From the NCBI GenBank assembly GCA_023898745.1, contig CP060237.1, forward strand, positions 235,718 through 299,717: DNA of 64,000 nt. The letters run 5' to 3'. Below, one piece after another: positions 8,855 through 18,400 of this stretch. The notes under the pieces are model-generated. The model made no database searches and had not been told where the DNA came from. It worked only from the letters and a program-made list of their open reading frames with translations. The position numbers were made by a program, and so were the translations under genes. Each line of letters opens with the position of its first letter. The first letter of the stretch is position 1. Origin of the DNA: Alphaproteobacteria bacterium (GTDB taxonomy: Bacteria; Pseudomonadota; Alphaproteobacteria; G02398745; G023898745).

Positions 8855-10081
8855 ATGCAGCCTATTCGTGGTTTTCGAGACCTTTTGCAAAACGATTTCA
8901 AAACATTTTCCGAAATCAAAACAATATGCGAAACGATTGCAAAGCTATATGGATATGAAGGCATTGAACTACCTATCGTAGAATCACTTGATGTGTTTAA
9001 GCGCACGTTGGGTGATGTCAGTGATGTGGTGAATAAAGAAATGTTCACACTAACAGATCGTCATGGGGAAATATTAGCCCTTCGACCTGAGGCAACTGCT
9101 AGTGTCGTGCGCGCATTAATTTCGAATAAGCTTACACAAGATTTGCCGCAAAAGTTTTTCTATCAAGGGCCGATGTTTCGTTATGAGCGTCCGCAAAAAG
9201 GTCGATATCGTCAGTTTTATCAATTTGGCATTGAGGCATTTGGTGAGAAAGATCCATATATTGATGCTGAGATTATTTTGCTGGCACATCGCATTCTTGA
9301 AGATTTAGGTGTGAAAGGATTTAAGTTTGAGATCAATACCATTGGTGATGTTGCATCACGAAAAGCTTACAATGATGCGCTGATTAAATATCTTACCCCG
9401 CAAAAAAACGAACTGTCTCAAGATAGCCAAGAGAGATTGCTTCGAAATCCTTTGCGTATTTTGGATTCTAAAGATATGCAGGATCAAAAGATTTTGATGA
9501 ATGCACCAAAGTTCGAGGGTTATTTAAATGAAGAATCTAAGGCGTTTTTTGAATCCGTTTGTGGATATTTGGATGCTTTTGATGTGACGTATCACGTGAA
9601 CTCCCGTTTGGTGCGTGGATTAGATTATTACACACATACGGTGTTTGAATTTACGCATGAAGATTTGGGTGCACAGTCAGCCTTTTTAGCTGGCGGACGA
9701 TACGATGGCTTGGTGTCCACCATGGGTGGGCCGGATATTCCTGGCATTGGATTTGCGATGGGGATAGACCGCGTGATGTTTTTAAGTGAAGTGGGTGATG
9801 TTAATGCGCCTGTTATTGTGATTCCGTTTTCTGATGATTGCTTAGCATATGCGATGGATGTATGCGAAACGTTACGTGATAACGGTGTGATGTGTGAAGT
9901 GTCGTTTAAAGGCAAGTTATCTAAAGATTTGAAATATGCTGAAAAACGTCAGGCTGAGTATGCTTTGTTGATTGGTGAAAATGAAGTTGAAGCGTCTACT
10001 GTGACGCTGAAATTTTTGGGGAGTGATGAGGGGAATCAGACAAAAAGTGTGGGTGAAATTCTTGATTTTCTAGCCTTGTAA
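8855..10081 (+). CDS. hisS: Histidine--tRNA ligase
   Basis: Class II aaRS motifs (FRYERPQKGRYRQFYQFG; GGGRYDGL) and a C-terminal anticodon-binding domain. The start is taken at MQPIRGFRDLL; the ORF's upstream extension is unlikely. Confidence 0.93.
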   Translation: MQPIRGFRDLLQNDFKTFSEIKTICETIAKLYGYEGIELPIVESLDVFKRTLGDVSDVVNKEMFTLTDRHGEILALRPEATASVVRALISNKLTQDLPQKFFYQGPMFRYERPQKGRYRQFYQFGIEAFGEKDPYIDAEIILLAHRILEDLGVKGFKFEINTIGDVASRKAYNDALIKYLTPQKNELSQDSQERLLRNPLRILDSKDMQDQKILMNAPKFEGYLNEESKAFFESVCGYLDAFDVTYHVNSRLVRGLDYYTHTVFEFTHEDLGAQSAFLAGGRYDGLVSTMGGPDIPGIGFAMGIDRVMFLSEVGDVNAPVIVIPFSDDCLAYAMDVCETLRDNGVMCEVSFKGKLSKDLKYAEKRQAEYALLIGENEVEASTVTLKFLGSDEGNQTKSVGEILDFLAL

Positions 10082-10082
10082 A

Positions 10083-12284
10083 TTACTGAGACCGCCCAGC
10101 ATCTCCACCCACAGAACTTGTTGAAACTGCTTCAAGCTGCAGCTGAAGTTGCAAGTGAGGGTCTGCGTTGAAGTGCTCTTGCGACTTTCCATTTCCTGGC
10201 GATGGAAGTAAATTATTTTGTTCCAACCTCTCTATCCCTATAAAGAATTCCTCAAAAGCAGCTAAATTTTGGGACGTTCCAAAAGCGTTAACTAACGCTT
10301 GAAGAGCGGGCGTATTCTGCGTTGTTCCTGTTAAACGAGCCAAAATAGGAGTCAAACCTTCCCTGGACGCAAAAGCTTGTTTAAAAGCTTCAATCAATTT
10401 TTTGGCAACTGTTCTTTTTAAAATGATAGTTTTTTTCGCAACCGCAGCTTTTGCGCCCTTAACTTCCGTTTCGCGATCTTCAATTTCTTTAATAAAAGAT
10501 AAACTCTCTTCAAGTAACCCAACCCACACATTGGGCAGAACGTATAAAGCAGGCAATTGAGCTATATCATCTTGGGTAAATTTAGTTGCATATGTATCTT
10601 TCAGGTAAGTTGAGAGATTTCTTAAACATGTTAATTCTTTGGCAGAAACTGAATCATTTGAGCACACTTCGTTAATAAATTTTTCCACAGCATTCTTTAG
10701 CGCTTGGTCGTTAGTTTTTAATTTTGCAGCATCTATTAACTGCGCTTTGGTTTTTCCCTCAGTCAATACAGGGAAAAATTCTTCAATAAAGCGTATAGTC
10801 TCATCTTTGTTGCTATTTAAGGAAGGATTAAATATTCTCTCTACATCATTTTGTATAGATAAATCTGTTAGCTTATCTATAATCCCTAATGCGCCAGTCA
10901 GTCCATTTTCCCATATTAATCTTGCTATCAAAGTACAAATCACCTTCCGCAATTCCGAATAATCATCAAAAAATCTCGCACCTTCACAATCAAAGCTACC
11001 CGCTTTGTTCTGTGGCATAATATCTGTTTGAACAAAATCAACCAGTTTTCCAAACGCAACATCTTGAACGTATCTAAATGCAGAGCTAACCCTATCCTGA
11101 AGCATTTGCGGTGTAAAAGTTTGCGCGCCCCATGCAATCCAACTCCCTATAGTGTTGCTTTGCTGCGCGACTTGTTGTGCGTCATTCGCCTCTTTGCGTA
11201 TTATATTTTCTATGTTTTGAACTATACCACTGCCTCTTTGATCTTCTATTTTAGCTTTTGCTTTCGTTAATTCTTTTGGCAATTGCTCAAGGAACTTCAA
11301 TGGAATAATTTTGCCTGGATCGAATTGATCTAACGTTTCATCTGATTGAGCGCCTAAAATTCCTCTTTGCTCAGCTGGTAAAGTCTTAATATGCGCTTTT
11401 ATTAAAGCAAGTGTAATAGCAAGAGAGGCTTGATTGAAATATTCCTGCAGTGCTGCAGTACAGTCCACAACTTTCGAAATATTAGCGGTTTCTTGGAATG
11501 AAACTTTTAGATTTCCTGCGTTTAGTTCTGCTTTTACAACTTCTATAACGCCTGCATCTATTAATCCTGCTGCAAGCTCGTGTGGCAATTTTATTAAGTA
11601 CTTAAAAAACTCAATACTGTTAATTTGCGTTCTTGCAGGCAAATCTGCAAATGTTTGTAAAAATTCTTGCAATCCATTGGTCTTTGATTGATAAAGAGTA
11701 TTATAAACATTCATAAACAAGGAGTTTGTCGGTTGGGGAGCTGCGTCAGCAAAGCTGGCTGCAACAACAGCCCTATGCATAAGCGGGGAACTGGATTGCA
11801 TTATAGCATGCTCTCTCAACGCATCGACGGACTCTTTTTTTGCAGCAGGAGAGTGAGGGTATCGATGAAGCATAGATGCAAGTTCAGCATGTATTCTTAA
11901 AAATCGATCTGAAGTTAAAAAATTCTCTGACGAGCTCTGAGCTAACGCATGAAAGGCATGCCACTGTGTTGCACGAGCTAGCACATGAGTATGATTATCT
12001 TTATACTTTTCAGGCTCCGTTAGATGGTGTTTTAATAACACTCTAAGCCCTTCCGCTCTTAAAAGACTAAAAGCCTCATTTGTTTCAGGGCTTGAATCGC
12101 TTTTCTTATACGCCTCACACCATTCAAAATAACGTGCAAATATCAATCTTTGTTGTTCAGGGCGCAAATTTTGCATTAAGTGATTATCCTCAACATTAAT
12201 GCCGACAGCCTCCTTAATATAGCCCATATCGTCTACGGTCGGAACTTGAGTTGTCGTTGTAGCTCCTAAAAAATATAAAAACAT
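10083..12284 (-). CDS. Large (733 aa) hypothetical, mostly helical protein with an MFLYFLGATTTT N-terminal leader; effector-like
   Basis: Long uninterrupted ORF with no recognisable catalytic motif. An upstream sigma70-like promoter (TTGACA-17-TATAAA) is present. Its stop codon is 1 bp from the hisS stop (convergent). Confidence 0.6.
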   Translation of the reverse strand: MFLYFLGATTTTQVPTVDDMGYIKEAVGINVEDNHLMQNLRPEQQRLIFARYFEWCEAYKKSDSSPETNEAFSLLRAEGLRVLLKHHLTEPEKYKDNHTHVLARATQWHAFHALAQSSSENFLTSDRFLRIHAELASMLHRYPHSPAAKKESVDALREHAIMQSSSPLMHRAVVAASFADAAPQPTNSLFMNVYNTLYQSKTNGLQEFLQTFADLPARTQINSIEFFKYLIKLPHELAAGLIDAGVIEVVKAELNAGNLKVSFQETANISKVVDCTAALQEYFNQASLAITLALIKAHIKTLPAEQRGILGAQSDETLDQFDPGKIIPLKFLEQLPKELTKAKAKIEDQRGSGIVQNIENIIRKEANDAQQVAQQSNTIGSWIAWGAQTFTPQMLQDRVSSAFRYVQDVAFGKLVDFVQTDIMPQNKAGSFDCEGARFFDDYSELRKVICTLIARLIWENGLTGALGIIDKLTDLSIQNDVERIFNPSLNSNKDETIRFIEEFFPVLTEGKTKAQLIDAAKLKTNDQALKNAVEKFINEVCSNDSVSAKELTCLRNLSTYLKDTYATKFTQDDIAQLPALYVLPNVWVGLLEESLSFIKEIEDRETEVKGAKAAVAKKTIILKRTVAKKLIEAFKQAFASREGLTPILARLTGTTQNTPALQALVNAFGTSQNLAAFEEFFIGIERLEQNNLLPSPGNGKSQEHFNADPHLQLQLQLEAVSTSSVGGDAGRSQ

Positions 12285-12326
12285 AATAACCTCCTTGGTT
12301 GTTTGTTATGACCAGAGTCTGCTTTG

Positions 12327-12355
12327 TTTATAGGTTTTTTTATTTACTCTGTCAA
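12327..12355 (-). promoter_or_regulatory. Sigma70-like promoter for the 10083..12284 gene (-35 TTGACA, 17-nt spacer, -10 TATAAA, read on the minus strand)
   Basis: The reverse complement of 12327..12355 is TTGACAGAGTAAATAAAAAAACCTATAAA; the -10 lies about 43 nt upstream of the ATG. Confidence 0.5.
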
Positions 12356-12409
12356 GTGTGTGGAAGAAATGCAGCGTTATCCTAAGAGACTTTCGCATAC
12401 AATAAGCAC

Positions 12410-12476
12410 CGTCATGGCGAGCAAAAGCGTAGCCATCCATATGGATCACCACGTCGCTTCGCTCCTCGTGATGACG
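12410..12476. repeat. Modular hairpin repeat
   Basis: cgtcatggcgagcaaaagcgtagccatccatatggatcaccacgtcgcttcgctcctcgtgatgacg. Confidence 0.75.
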
Positions 12477-12510
12477 ATATACGCGACAAGTTCACTGAAA
12501 AACAAGTGAA

Positions 12511-13311
12511 TTACATTGTAAACTCCACACCGATTAGTGCGCGAAATCCAGAATAACGGTATTTAGTATCATATGCATTTGATTCGGATTTTAACTCTCT
12601 TTTTCTGTCTTTTGTAGAAGTGCCATGAAGCTTAACAAACCAGCTTAAACGCTCTTGGATTTGATGCTTAAAGAGCACTCCTCCAAAAAGCCTTTGTCCA
12701 TAAGATTTATTGGTATCAAAGGTTAAGGATGTATTTGGACTTCCGCTTTCAAACTCTATTTTAGCTATCCTATCCCAGAGCATTTCTCCACCACCAGAAA
12801 AACCCAGTGTAATCTTGTTAAATTGCAAACCTGCAATTAATTCCCCTCCAACAAAATACGGCAAATTAAAAAATTCTTTATGCCAAAGAGGGGCTATGGC
12901 ATACCCGCCAAAAACGTTCAATTGCACCAAAAACTTTTCAAAAAAAGTATGACTTGCCCCCAAATAAGCGGAGGCAAAAAATTTAAATTGCTTATCCTCT
13001 TTTTTCAACTCATAGGACGGTTCAAGAGCAGTTGGTGTAGAAGATGGTACTGGTGCTACTACAACCGGCGTAGGAGCCGCCCCTCCTGGGATGGGCGCCA
13101 TCTTTTTTTTCCCCATGGGAAATGCAGAAGGAGCCTTAGGCACAGCACCTCCAGACGGTGGAGTTGGCACAGATGCAGGTGGTGTACCTGTAGAAGTAGC
13201 TGAAGTTTCTTTCTGCTTTTCAAACTCGCTAATCACGCGCAATAGCCTCTCAGCATCGCCTTGCAATCCAATATGAAAGTTTACTGCTTGTAGTAAAAAC
13301 ATAAAGCTCAT
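12511..13311 (-). CDS. Hypothetical protein with a Pro/Ala/Thr-rich linker and an aromatic/Gly-rich C-terminal domain; candidate envelope protein. An alternative start at MFLLQ (13302) is possible.
   Basis: 266-aa ORF. It has an (M)FLLQ leader-like N-terminus and a PPASVPTPPSGGAVPKAPSAFP low-complexity linker. The C-terminal composition resembles the 2356 and 4124 ORFs. Confidence 0.5.
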   Translation of the reverse strand: MSFMFLLQAVNFHIGLQGDAERLLRVISEFEKQKETSATSTGTPPASVPTPPSGGAVPKAPSAFPMGKKKMAPIPGGAAPTPVVVAPVPSSTPTALEPSYELKKEDKQFKFFASAYLGASHTFFEKFLVQLNVFGGYAIAPLWHKEFFNLPYFVGGELIAGLQFNKITLGFSGGGEMLWDRIAKIEFESGSPNTSLTFDTNKSYGQRLFGGVLFKHQIQERLSWFVKLHGTSTKDRKRELKSESNAYDTKYRYSGFRALIGVEFTM

Positions 13312-13643
13312 ACTTCCTCCTTATACCCCATTATACTATGCCTTTAATCAAAAGGCAAATTTCCTTGTTTCTAAAGGCTCATATAGCGTTTTTCATGGTA
13401 GATTGAAGGAAAAGCATACATAACATTGATTTATGTCTAAAACGGGCTCTAAAACGATTTATTTGACGTTTTTCGAGCTTGTAAATCCCGGATTTTTTTG
13501 TCACCCTAAAATAGAATCTCATAAAATTTTGGTGATGAGAGTCCGGACTTTGATTCTAGCCAAATGCAATGAGAGCTACAATAGGGATTGGTGAGAATTT
13601 TAATCTTTTTTCATACCCAATCCAATTGAATTTTAGGGATTTT

Positions 13644-14837
13644 ATGTTTTTTCTTTTTGCCCAACATCTCGTATTTGACGATGAAGTCGAGTTATTTTGC
13701 AATGAAATTGTCACCACGATGTCCAAAGAAATGGGGATTAAGAACAAAAAAATCCCCGTTTATCTCATGGATACCGAAGATGTGAATGCAGCAGCGGCAG
13801 GGCATGGCATCTTGCTAATTCACACAGGGCTCATTGCAGAATGTAAAAATGCAGATGAATTTATAGGTGTGCTTGCGCACGAACTTGGGCATATTCAAAA
13901 AGCGCATACGTTTTATTTTTACCAGGCTGGCAAAGCTATGAACATTGCTTTGAGCGCTGGATTTGGTCTTGGTCTTATCTTGGCGCCTCTTACAGGCGGT
14001 CTTTCGCTGCTTGTCTTACCAATTATGGGTGCAGGAGGTGCACAAAGCTCTATTTTATCTTACATGCGTGTTCATGAGTTTGAGGCAGATCAAATTGCTG
14101 TGCAAACTCTCAAAAAAATGAATTGGCCCACAGATGGACTACGCACATTTTTGCAACGCCTCAAAGAACATGATTATTTAATTGAACTGACTGGACTAAC
14201 GACGCATCCCTTAAGTAGTGACCGCATCAGAAGAATTGAAGAAATGTCAAGAGGCGCAAAAGGCACCCTCAGTTCTGATATACATAAAAAATTTTCACGC
14301 ATTCGCGCAAAAGTTATGGGCTACATGCGGAAAAACGAAAAAACTGAAGACTTATATGAAAAAACACAGGCTTTGTATGTGCGCCGTGATTTTGCAAACG
14401 CCTTAAAAACAATCGATCAACTGCTAGAAAAAGATAAAAATGATGTTTTTTATAAAGAAATGAAGGCTGACATTTTGTTTTTAAAGGGTGATATTGAAAA
14501 TGCACACATTATATATAAAGAGATTGCAGAGCAAAATAAAGATCTTAAATATGTACCCATGAAAATTGTGTCCTGCGTCATATTATTAAAGTCTGACCTT
14601 GATGCAGGATTGGCAATCTTGGCGCATGCACGCGCTAAAGAACGCGCCTCGCCTTATTTATGGCATTTAACAGGACATATATATAAGTTAAAGGGCGATA
14701 TCAAGACAATGTGGTTTTGTCGTTGTCAGGCTGCGTTTTTAGCGAAAGATATGACATTTGTGAAAAAGCATATTGATAAGGCAGATACGGATGTTTTTGT
14801 TGACTTATATAAAGAGATGAAAGAGCTTATACGTTGA
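13644..14837 (+). CDS. M48-family zinc metallopeptidase with C-terminal TPR-like repeats (BepA/YfgC-like)
   Basis: HEXXH zinc motif HELGHIQKAH, and tandem helical repeats in the C-terminal half. The start is taken at MFFLFAQHLVF (ATG at 13644) rather than the upstream ORF Met. Confidence 0.75.
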   Translation: MFFLFAQHLVFDDEVELFCNEIVTTMSKEMGIKNKKIPVYLMDTEDVNAAAAGHGILLIHTGLIAECKNADEFIGVLAHELGHIQKAHTFYFYQAGKAMNIALSAGFGLGLILAPLTGGLSLLVLPIMGAGGAQSSILSYMRVHEFEADQIAVQTLKKMNWPTDGLRTFLQRLKEHDYLIELTGLTTHPLSSDRIRRIEEMSRGAKGTLSSDIHKKFSRIRAKVMGYMRKNEKTEDLYEKTQALYVRRDFANALKTIDQLLEKDKNDVFYKEMKADILFLKGDIENAHIIYKEIAEQNKDLKYVPMKIVSCVILLKSDLDAGLAILAHARAKERASPYLWHLTGHIYKLKGDIKTMWFCRCQAAFLAKDMTFVKKHIDKADTDVFVDLYKEMKELIR

Positions 14838-16080
14838 GCTCAGGTCTTACGCGGCCACTTCTATCTGTGAGCGCTTGAAAAATTTTTACTAATTCAGGTC
14901 TTTCTTTGGGATCAAAACTTAGCATACGTTTGCAGAGCATTTGAATTTGGAAAGAATAATCTGGAATATATCCCTTTATAAAATCAAAATCCTTTCGTTC
15001 TTGGATCGCTTTAGTGATATTTCTTTCCTGAAAAGGAAATTCTCCATACATCATCACAAATAAAATTACACCTAATGAATATACATCACACTTATAATTG
15101 TACTCAGCGTCATTACTCAGAACCTCTGGCGCAGCAGTCGCTTTTGTTCCTACCCTTCGAGTAAGTTTTTGCAAATCTTCAGTTTCCGAATTTGTTGAAA
15201 GTCCCCAGTCTGCTAAAACAACTCTCTCCAAAATACCACCTTCTGCGAATGTTAAAAATATATTTTCAGGCTTAATATCTCTATGGATAATTCCACGAAG
15301 ATGTGCAGTAGCTAATATACTAGTCAATTGGGCTATAGCTGTTCTCACCATATTTTCTGGCAATATTCCAGTTTCACGCTCAAATATAAACTCATACAGA
15401 TCCATAGAATATCTAGGCATTACAAGAAGTGCTTGGAGAGGATCTAGATGCACTCTTAATGTCTGAACATTATAAGGGTGATCCTGCAAAAAAAGCTGGT
15501 TTTTAATTTCATTCATAGTATCGCTCGTGCGTTTTAAAGCTTTCACCACATTTCCATCAATTAAATAAAGAGGATATTTACTTAGAACGTTTAATTTTTG
15601 CACGCCAGTTTGAATTAAGCGATGGGTTGTATCTTCCTCCATATCTACCGTATCAAACCCTGCATCTGTGCTAAATGTTAGATTTGGATTTGATGCAAGC
15701 ATGCGTTGACGAAACGCACCAAAACTATGTTTAAAAGCAAAAGAAAGTTTTACCCCTCCAATAAAACAAAATGCTATGAATGGATTGGGGTTATTTACAT
15801 GCTGAACGTCTATGCAGCCATCTTGGATATGAGTCAAAAAAGCTGTGGCTTTTTGATGATCAAGCTCTAGAGAGTCTAAAACTGTGAGCATTTGAGGCCT
15901 TTGAATTTCTTCTCTTTCTTGCAATGCAGCAAACTCTAAATCCAATCTTGCCTGATATTCTGTTGCAAACAATGTCGCTACTCTAGAATCTTCTTGCGTT
16001 ATAGGCACGTTAGGAATCCTTGACTGCAAAGGCACTTTTACTTGCGTATCAACAACTGTTGTTGCAACTATAAAAAACAT
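14827..16080 (-). CDS. Eukaryotic-like (Hanks-type) Ser/Thr protein kinase, paralog 1 (417 aa), N-terminus MFFIVATT
   Basis: Catalytic loop IIHRDIKPENIF, activation segment ADWGLS (a DFG variant), APE motif, and the subdomain IX/XI pattern DVYSLGVILF. Confidence 0.85.
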   Translation of the reverse strand: MFFIVATTVVDTQVKVPLQSRIPNVPITQEDSRVATLFATEYQARLDLEFAALQEREEIQRPQMLTVLDSLELDHQKATAFLTHIQDGCIDVQHVNNPNPFIAFCFIGGVKLSFAFKHSFGAFRQRMLASNPNLTFSTDAGFDTVDMEEDTTHRLIQTGVQKLNVLSKYPLYLIDGNVVKALKRTSDTMNEIKNQLFLQDHPYNVQTLRVHLDPLQALLVMPRYSMDLYEFIFERETGILPENMVRTAIAQLTSILATAHLRGIIHRDIKPENIFLTFAEGGILERVVLADWGLSTNSETEDLQKLTRRVGTKATAAPEVLSNDAEYNYKCDVYSLGVILFVMMYGEFPFQERNITKAIQERKDFDFIKGYIPDYSFQIQMLCKRMLSFDPKERPELVKIFQALTDRSGRVRPELNV

Positions 16081-16113
16081 TATTTTTTTTATTTTTAAAG
16101 TGTGTGGACTTTT

Positions 16114-16141
16114 TTTATAGGAAATGTTTTTTAAGTTTCAA
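16114..16141 (-). promoter_or_regulatory. Sigma70-like promoter and leader of kinase paralog 1 (TTGAAA-16-TATAAA on the minus strand)
   Basis: The reverse complement reads TTGAAACTTAAAAAACATTTCCTATAAA. The same promoter and roughly 60-nt leader are conserved upstream of all three kinase paralogs. Confidence 0.55.
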
Positions 16142-16149
16142 GGAAAACA

Positions 16150-16240
16150 TTGTCATCCTGAATGAAACAAAGGATCTTTTTGAGTTTATCTGAAGAAGGG
16201 CCTTTACTCGCTACGCTCATTCAAGAGGACAGCGCCTAAC
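16150..16240. repeat. GTCATCCTGAA...-type palindromic repeat (variant of the GTCATCCTGAGCG hairpin family)
   Basis: cattgtcatcctgaatga...cgctcattcaagaggacag forms an imperfect inverted repeat. It is related to the copies at 30955, 48158, 55026, 60702 and 62596. Confidence 0.5.
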
Positions 16241-16538
16241 TAAAGGAGTTGCCGCACCCACATGAAACAGTTGCGTTTGGATTCTTAATCACAAATCGCT
16301 CACCCATAAGATCTTGAATAAAATCTATGGTACTGCCATTAATCAAATCTAAAGAGGCTTGGTCGGTAATGACACTCGCATCATTCTTTATATATATAAT
16401 GTCTTCATCTCGTTTTTCATCCAACTCAAACGTATATTGAAAACCAGCACATCCGCCTCCAAGTACGCGAAGACGCAAAGCTTTTCCCTTGCTAAGTTTT
16501 TTAATTTGTGCAGCGGCACTTTCTGTGATGTGGAGCAT
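16236..16538 (-). CDS. erpA: Iron-sulfur cluster insertion protein ErpA/IscA (HesB family)
   Basis: C-terminal CGCGNSF and an internal conserved Cys (GGGCAGFQY); 100 aa. Confidence 0.88.
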   Translation of the reverse strand: MLHITESAAAQIKKLSKGKALRLRVLGGGCAGFQYTFELDEKRDEDIIYIKNDASVITDQASLDLINGSTIDFIQDLMGERFVIKNPNATVSCGCGNSFS

Positions 16539-16577
16539 AGACTTATATGTATGTCTTTTTTTTATAGTACCAGAAAA

Positions 16578-18260
16578 TTACAGAGTTTTTGCAAAATCAT
16601 CGAGTTGTTGAGCGGTTGGTCTATCCTGTGGATGAAACTGCAACATGCGCGCTGTAAACTCCGCAATTCTTCTTGAGGTTGAACCAACAGCCAAGTTCTG
16701 AATTTGTGTACTCATATTGAAAGTTCTTCTTGCTTCCGTTGCCAATCCCATCCAGTCAGATTGTTTCATATCAGTTTTAAACGGAAACCCCAAAAATTGC
16801 ATCGCATAGAACACAATTCCGAGTGAGTAAATATCAATTGCTGGACCATAAAGCTCTGCAGATAAAATTTCAGGCGGCAAATACGCTGGTGTTCCACATC
16901 GTCTTCTAAGATTGTGAAAACCTTCATTTTCGGCATTTGCAAATCCATAATCCGCTAAAAACACATCTTCACCCTTCATAAATATATTGTCTAGTTTTAT
17001 ATCCCTGTGAAGCACTTGGTTTGAATGCAAATAATTCAAAACAGATGCTAACTGTTTTATCCATCGCACCATTGTGGCCTCAGACAGCTGTTTTCGCTGC
17101 AACATATAATTATATAAATCAGAATCACATTTTGGCATAACAAGCAAACCTCTTAATCCATCAAAAATAAATTGACCTTTAAGGCTGTGAGAATGCTTCG
17201 CCATCTTTAAATGACTTATAATCTCTGGAATCCCCCCTGAAGTAACATAAAACAACTTCTCAATAGTATCCTTAGATGTATTTATATACAACGCTTCTTT
17301 TCCATCTCTTCCTTCTCTTAATACTTTATAATCACGGGATTTTAACAGACCATAAACAGAGGAATCAAGTTCAGAAAATAATCCTTCTATATCTTCTGTT
17401 GCATTTATATCAGTGCTAAATTTAGCACTAGGATTTACAAATGTTGATATAGAATAAGAAAAGTGAGAAAACAAATCGGCAGATGTAAATAAAAGCACAA
17501 CTTTACCATCAATAGAACACGAACATGCAAAAGCTGAATGATGATCTTGATGCTCAACTCTAAAAAATGACTGAGCCGTAATTTCTATTTTTTGCTGACA
17601 TGCCCCCTGCTTAAGCACAATAAAATCTTCTTCAAACTCTATTTTCACTGACTCTCCGTCTAATTGGCGCAAAGGCCCAGAGGTTTTCAGGAATATACCG
17701 CCTTTTCCTAAAAAACGCTTTTCACTGTTAAAACGATCATGAAGTGCTTTCTCCTCTTGATCACGCTGATTACTGATAGTTTTGTACCCTTGATGCAATC
17801 CAGCCCCTTCTCGTGGTTTAAGCATATCTAATAAATGACAAGCAGAAGTTATAAGATAACCTCTGTATAACGCCATATAGTTAAGCTCTTCCATATACTT
17901 AAGTTCTTGACGTGAGTGTTTCTCTAAAATTTCAACGCTCCCCAATACAAACTGATTGTAAAAAGTCCTTATATTCAACGTCTCTTCATCAACAATTTCT
18001 TGCATTCGATCTACATGATCCTTCTCAAGCTTCGAAATTTCAGTAGCATAATCAATCGCAGGAGCTCTAAGAGCTAATATACTTTCCGGATCAAAATGCA
18101 AATGTTGTTGGTTTTCGCCAACTAAGCTCAAGGCTTTAGATTCACACCTTTTATAATCAGGAGTATTTATTGCTTTCCCTCCCAACGCCGGCCTTCTTGG
18201 AGTTGTTGGAACGCTTGAAGCGTGAACAACTTCAGCTGCATACAAAAAATCAAAAAACAT
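16578..18260 (-). CDS. Eukaryotic-like Ser/Thr protein kinase, paralog 2 (560 aa). N-terminal MFFDFLYAAE leader, then an ~330-aa domain of unknown function, then the kinase domain.
   Basis: VLHRDIKLDNIF, ADYGFA, GTPAYLPPE, DIYSLGIVFY. The N-terminal domain is paralogous to that of kinase 3 (RFLGKGGIFLK... versus RFLGKTGVFER...). Confidence 0.85.
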   Translation of the reverse strand: MFFDFLYAAEVVHASSVPTTPRRPALGGKAINTPDYKRCESKALSLVGENQQHLHFDPESILALRAPAIDYATEISKLEKDHVDRMQEIVDEETLNIRTFYNQFVLGSVEILEKHSRQELKYMEELNYMALYRGYLITSACHLLDMLKPREGAGLHQGYKTISNQRDQEEKALHDRFNSEKRFLGKGGIFLKTSGPLRQLDGESVKIEFEEDFIVLKQGACQQKIEITAQSFFRVEHQDHHSAFACSCSIDGKVVLLFTSADLFSHFSYSISTFVNPSAKFSTDINATEDIEGLFSELDSSVYGLLKSRDYKVLREGRDGKEALYINTSKDTIEKLFYVTSGGIPEIISHLKMAKHSHSLKGQFIFDGLRGLLVMPKCDSDLYNYMLQRKQLSEATMVRWIKQLASVLNYLHSNQVLHRDIKLDNIFMKGEDVFLADYGFANAENEGFHNLRRRCGTPAYLPPEILSAELYGPAIDIYSLGIVFYAMQFLGFPFKTDMKQSDWMGLATEARRTFNMSTQIQNLAVGSTSRRIAEFTARMLQFHPQDRPTAQQLDDFAKTL

Positions 18261-18289
18261 TAGTTCATTTTTAGAGTGAGTAGGTTTCT

Positions 18290-18318
18290 TTTTTAGGAAA
18301 TGGTTTTTAAGGTTTCAA
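18290..18318 (-). promoter_or_regulatory. Sigma70-like promoter of kinase paralog 2 (TTGAAA-17-TAAAAA)
   Basis: The reverse complement reads TTGAAACCTTAAAAACCATTTCCTAAAAA; about 22 nt from the -10 to the ATG at 18260. Confidence 0.55.
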
Positions 18319-18400
18319 GAGTAAAAGGAAAAAAAATTTCCTTAAAATTAAGCGCGCTATTCTGTATACGAATTTTGAAGCGCCCCAAACAAATAGAATG

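Noticed and set aside
13569-13643. Upstream extension of the M48 peptidase ORF (MRATIGIGENFNLF...)
   Set aside because: The internal Met at 13644 gives the recurrent MFFLF leader and matches where the peptidase homology begins. The extension has no RBS and lies in the divergent promoter region.
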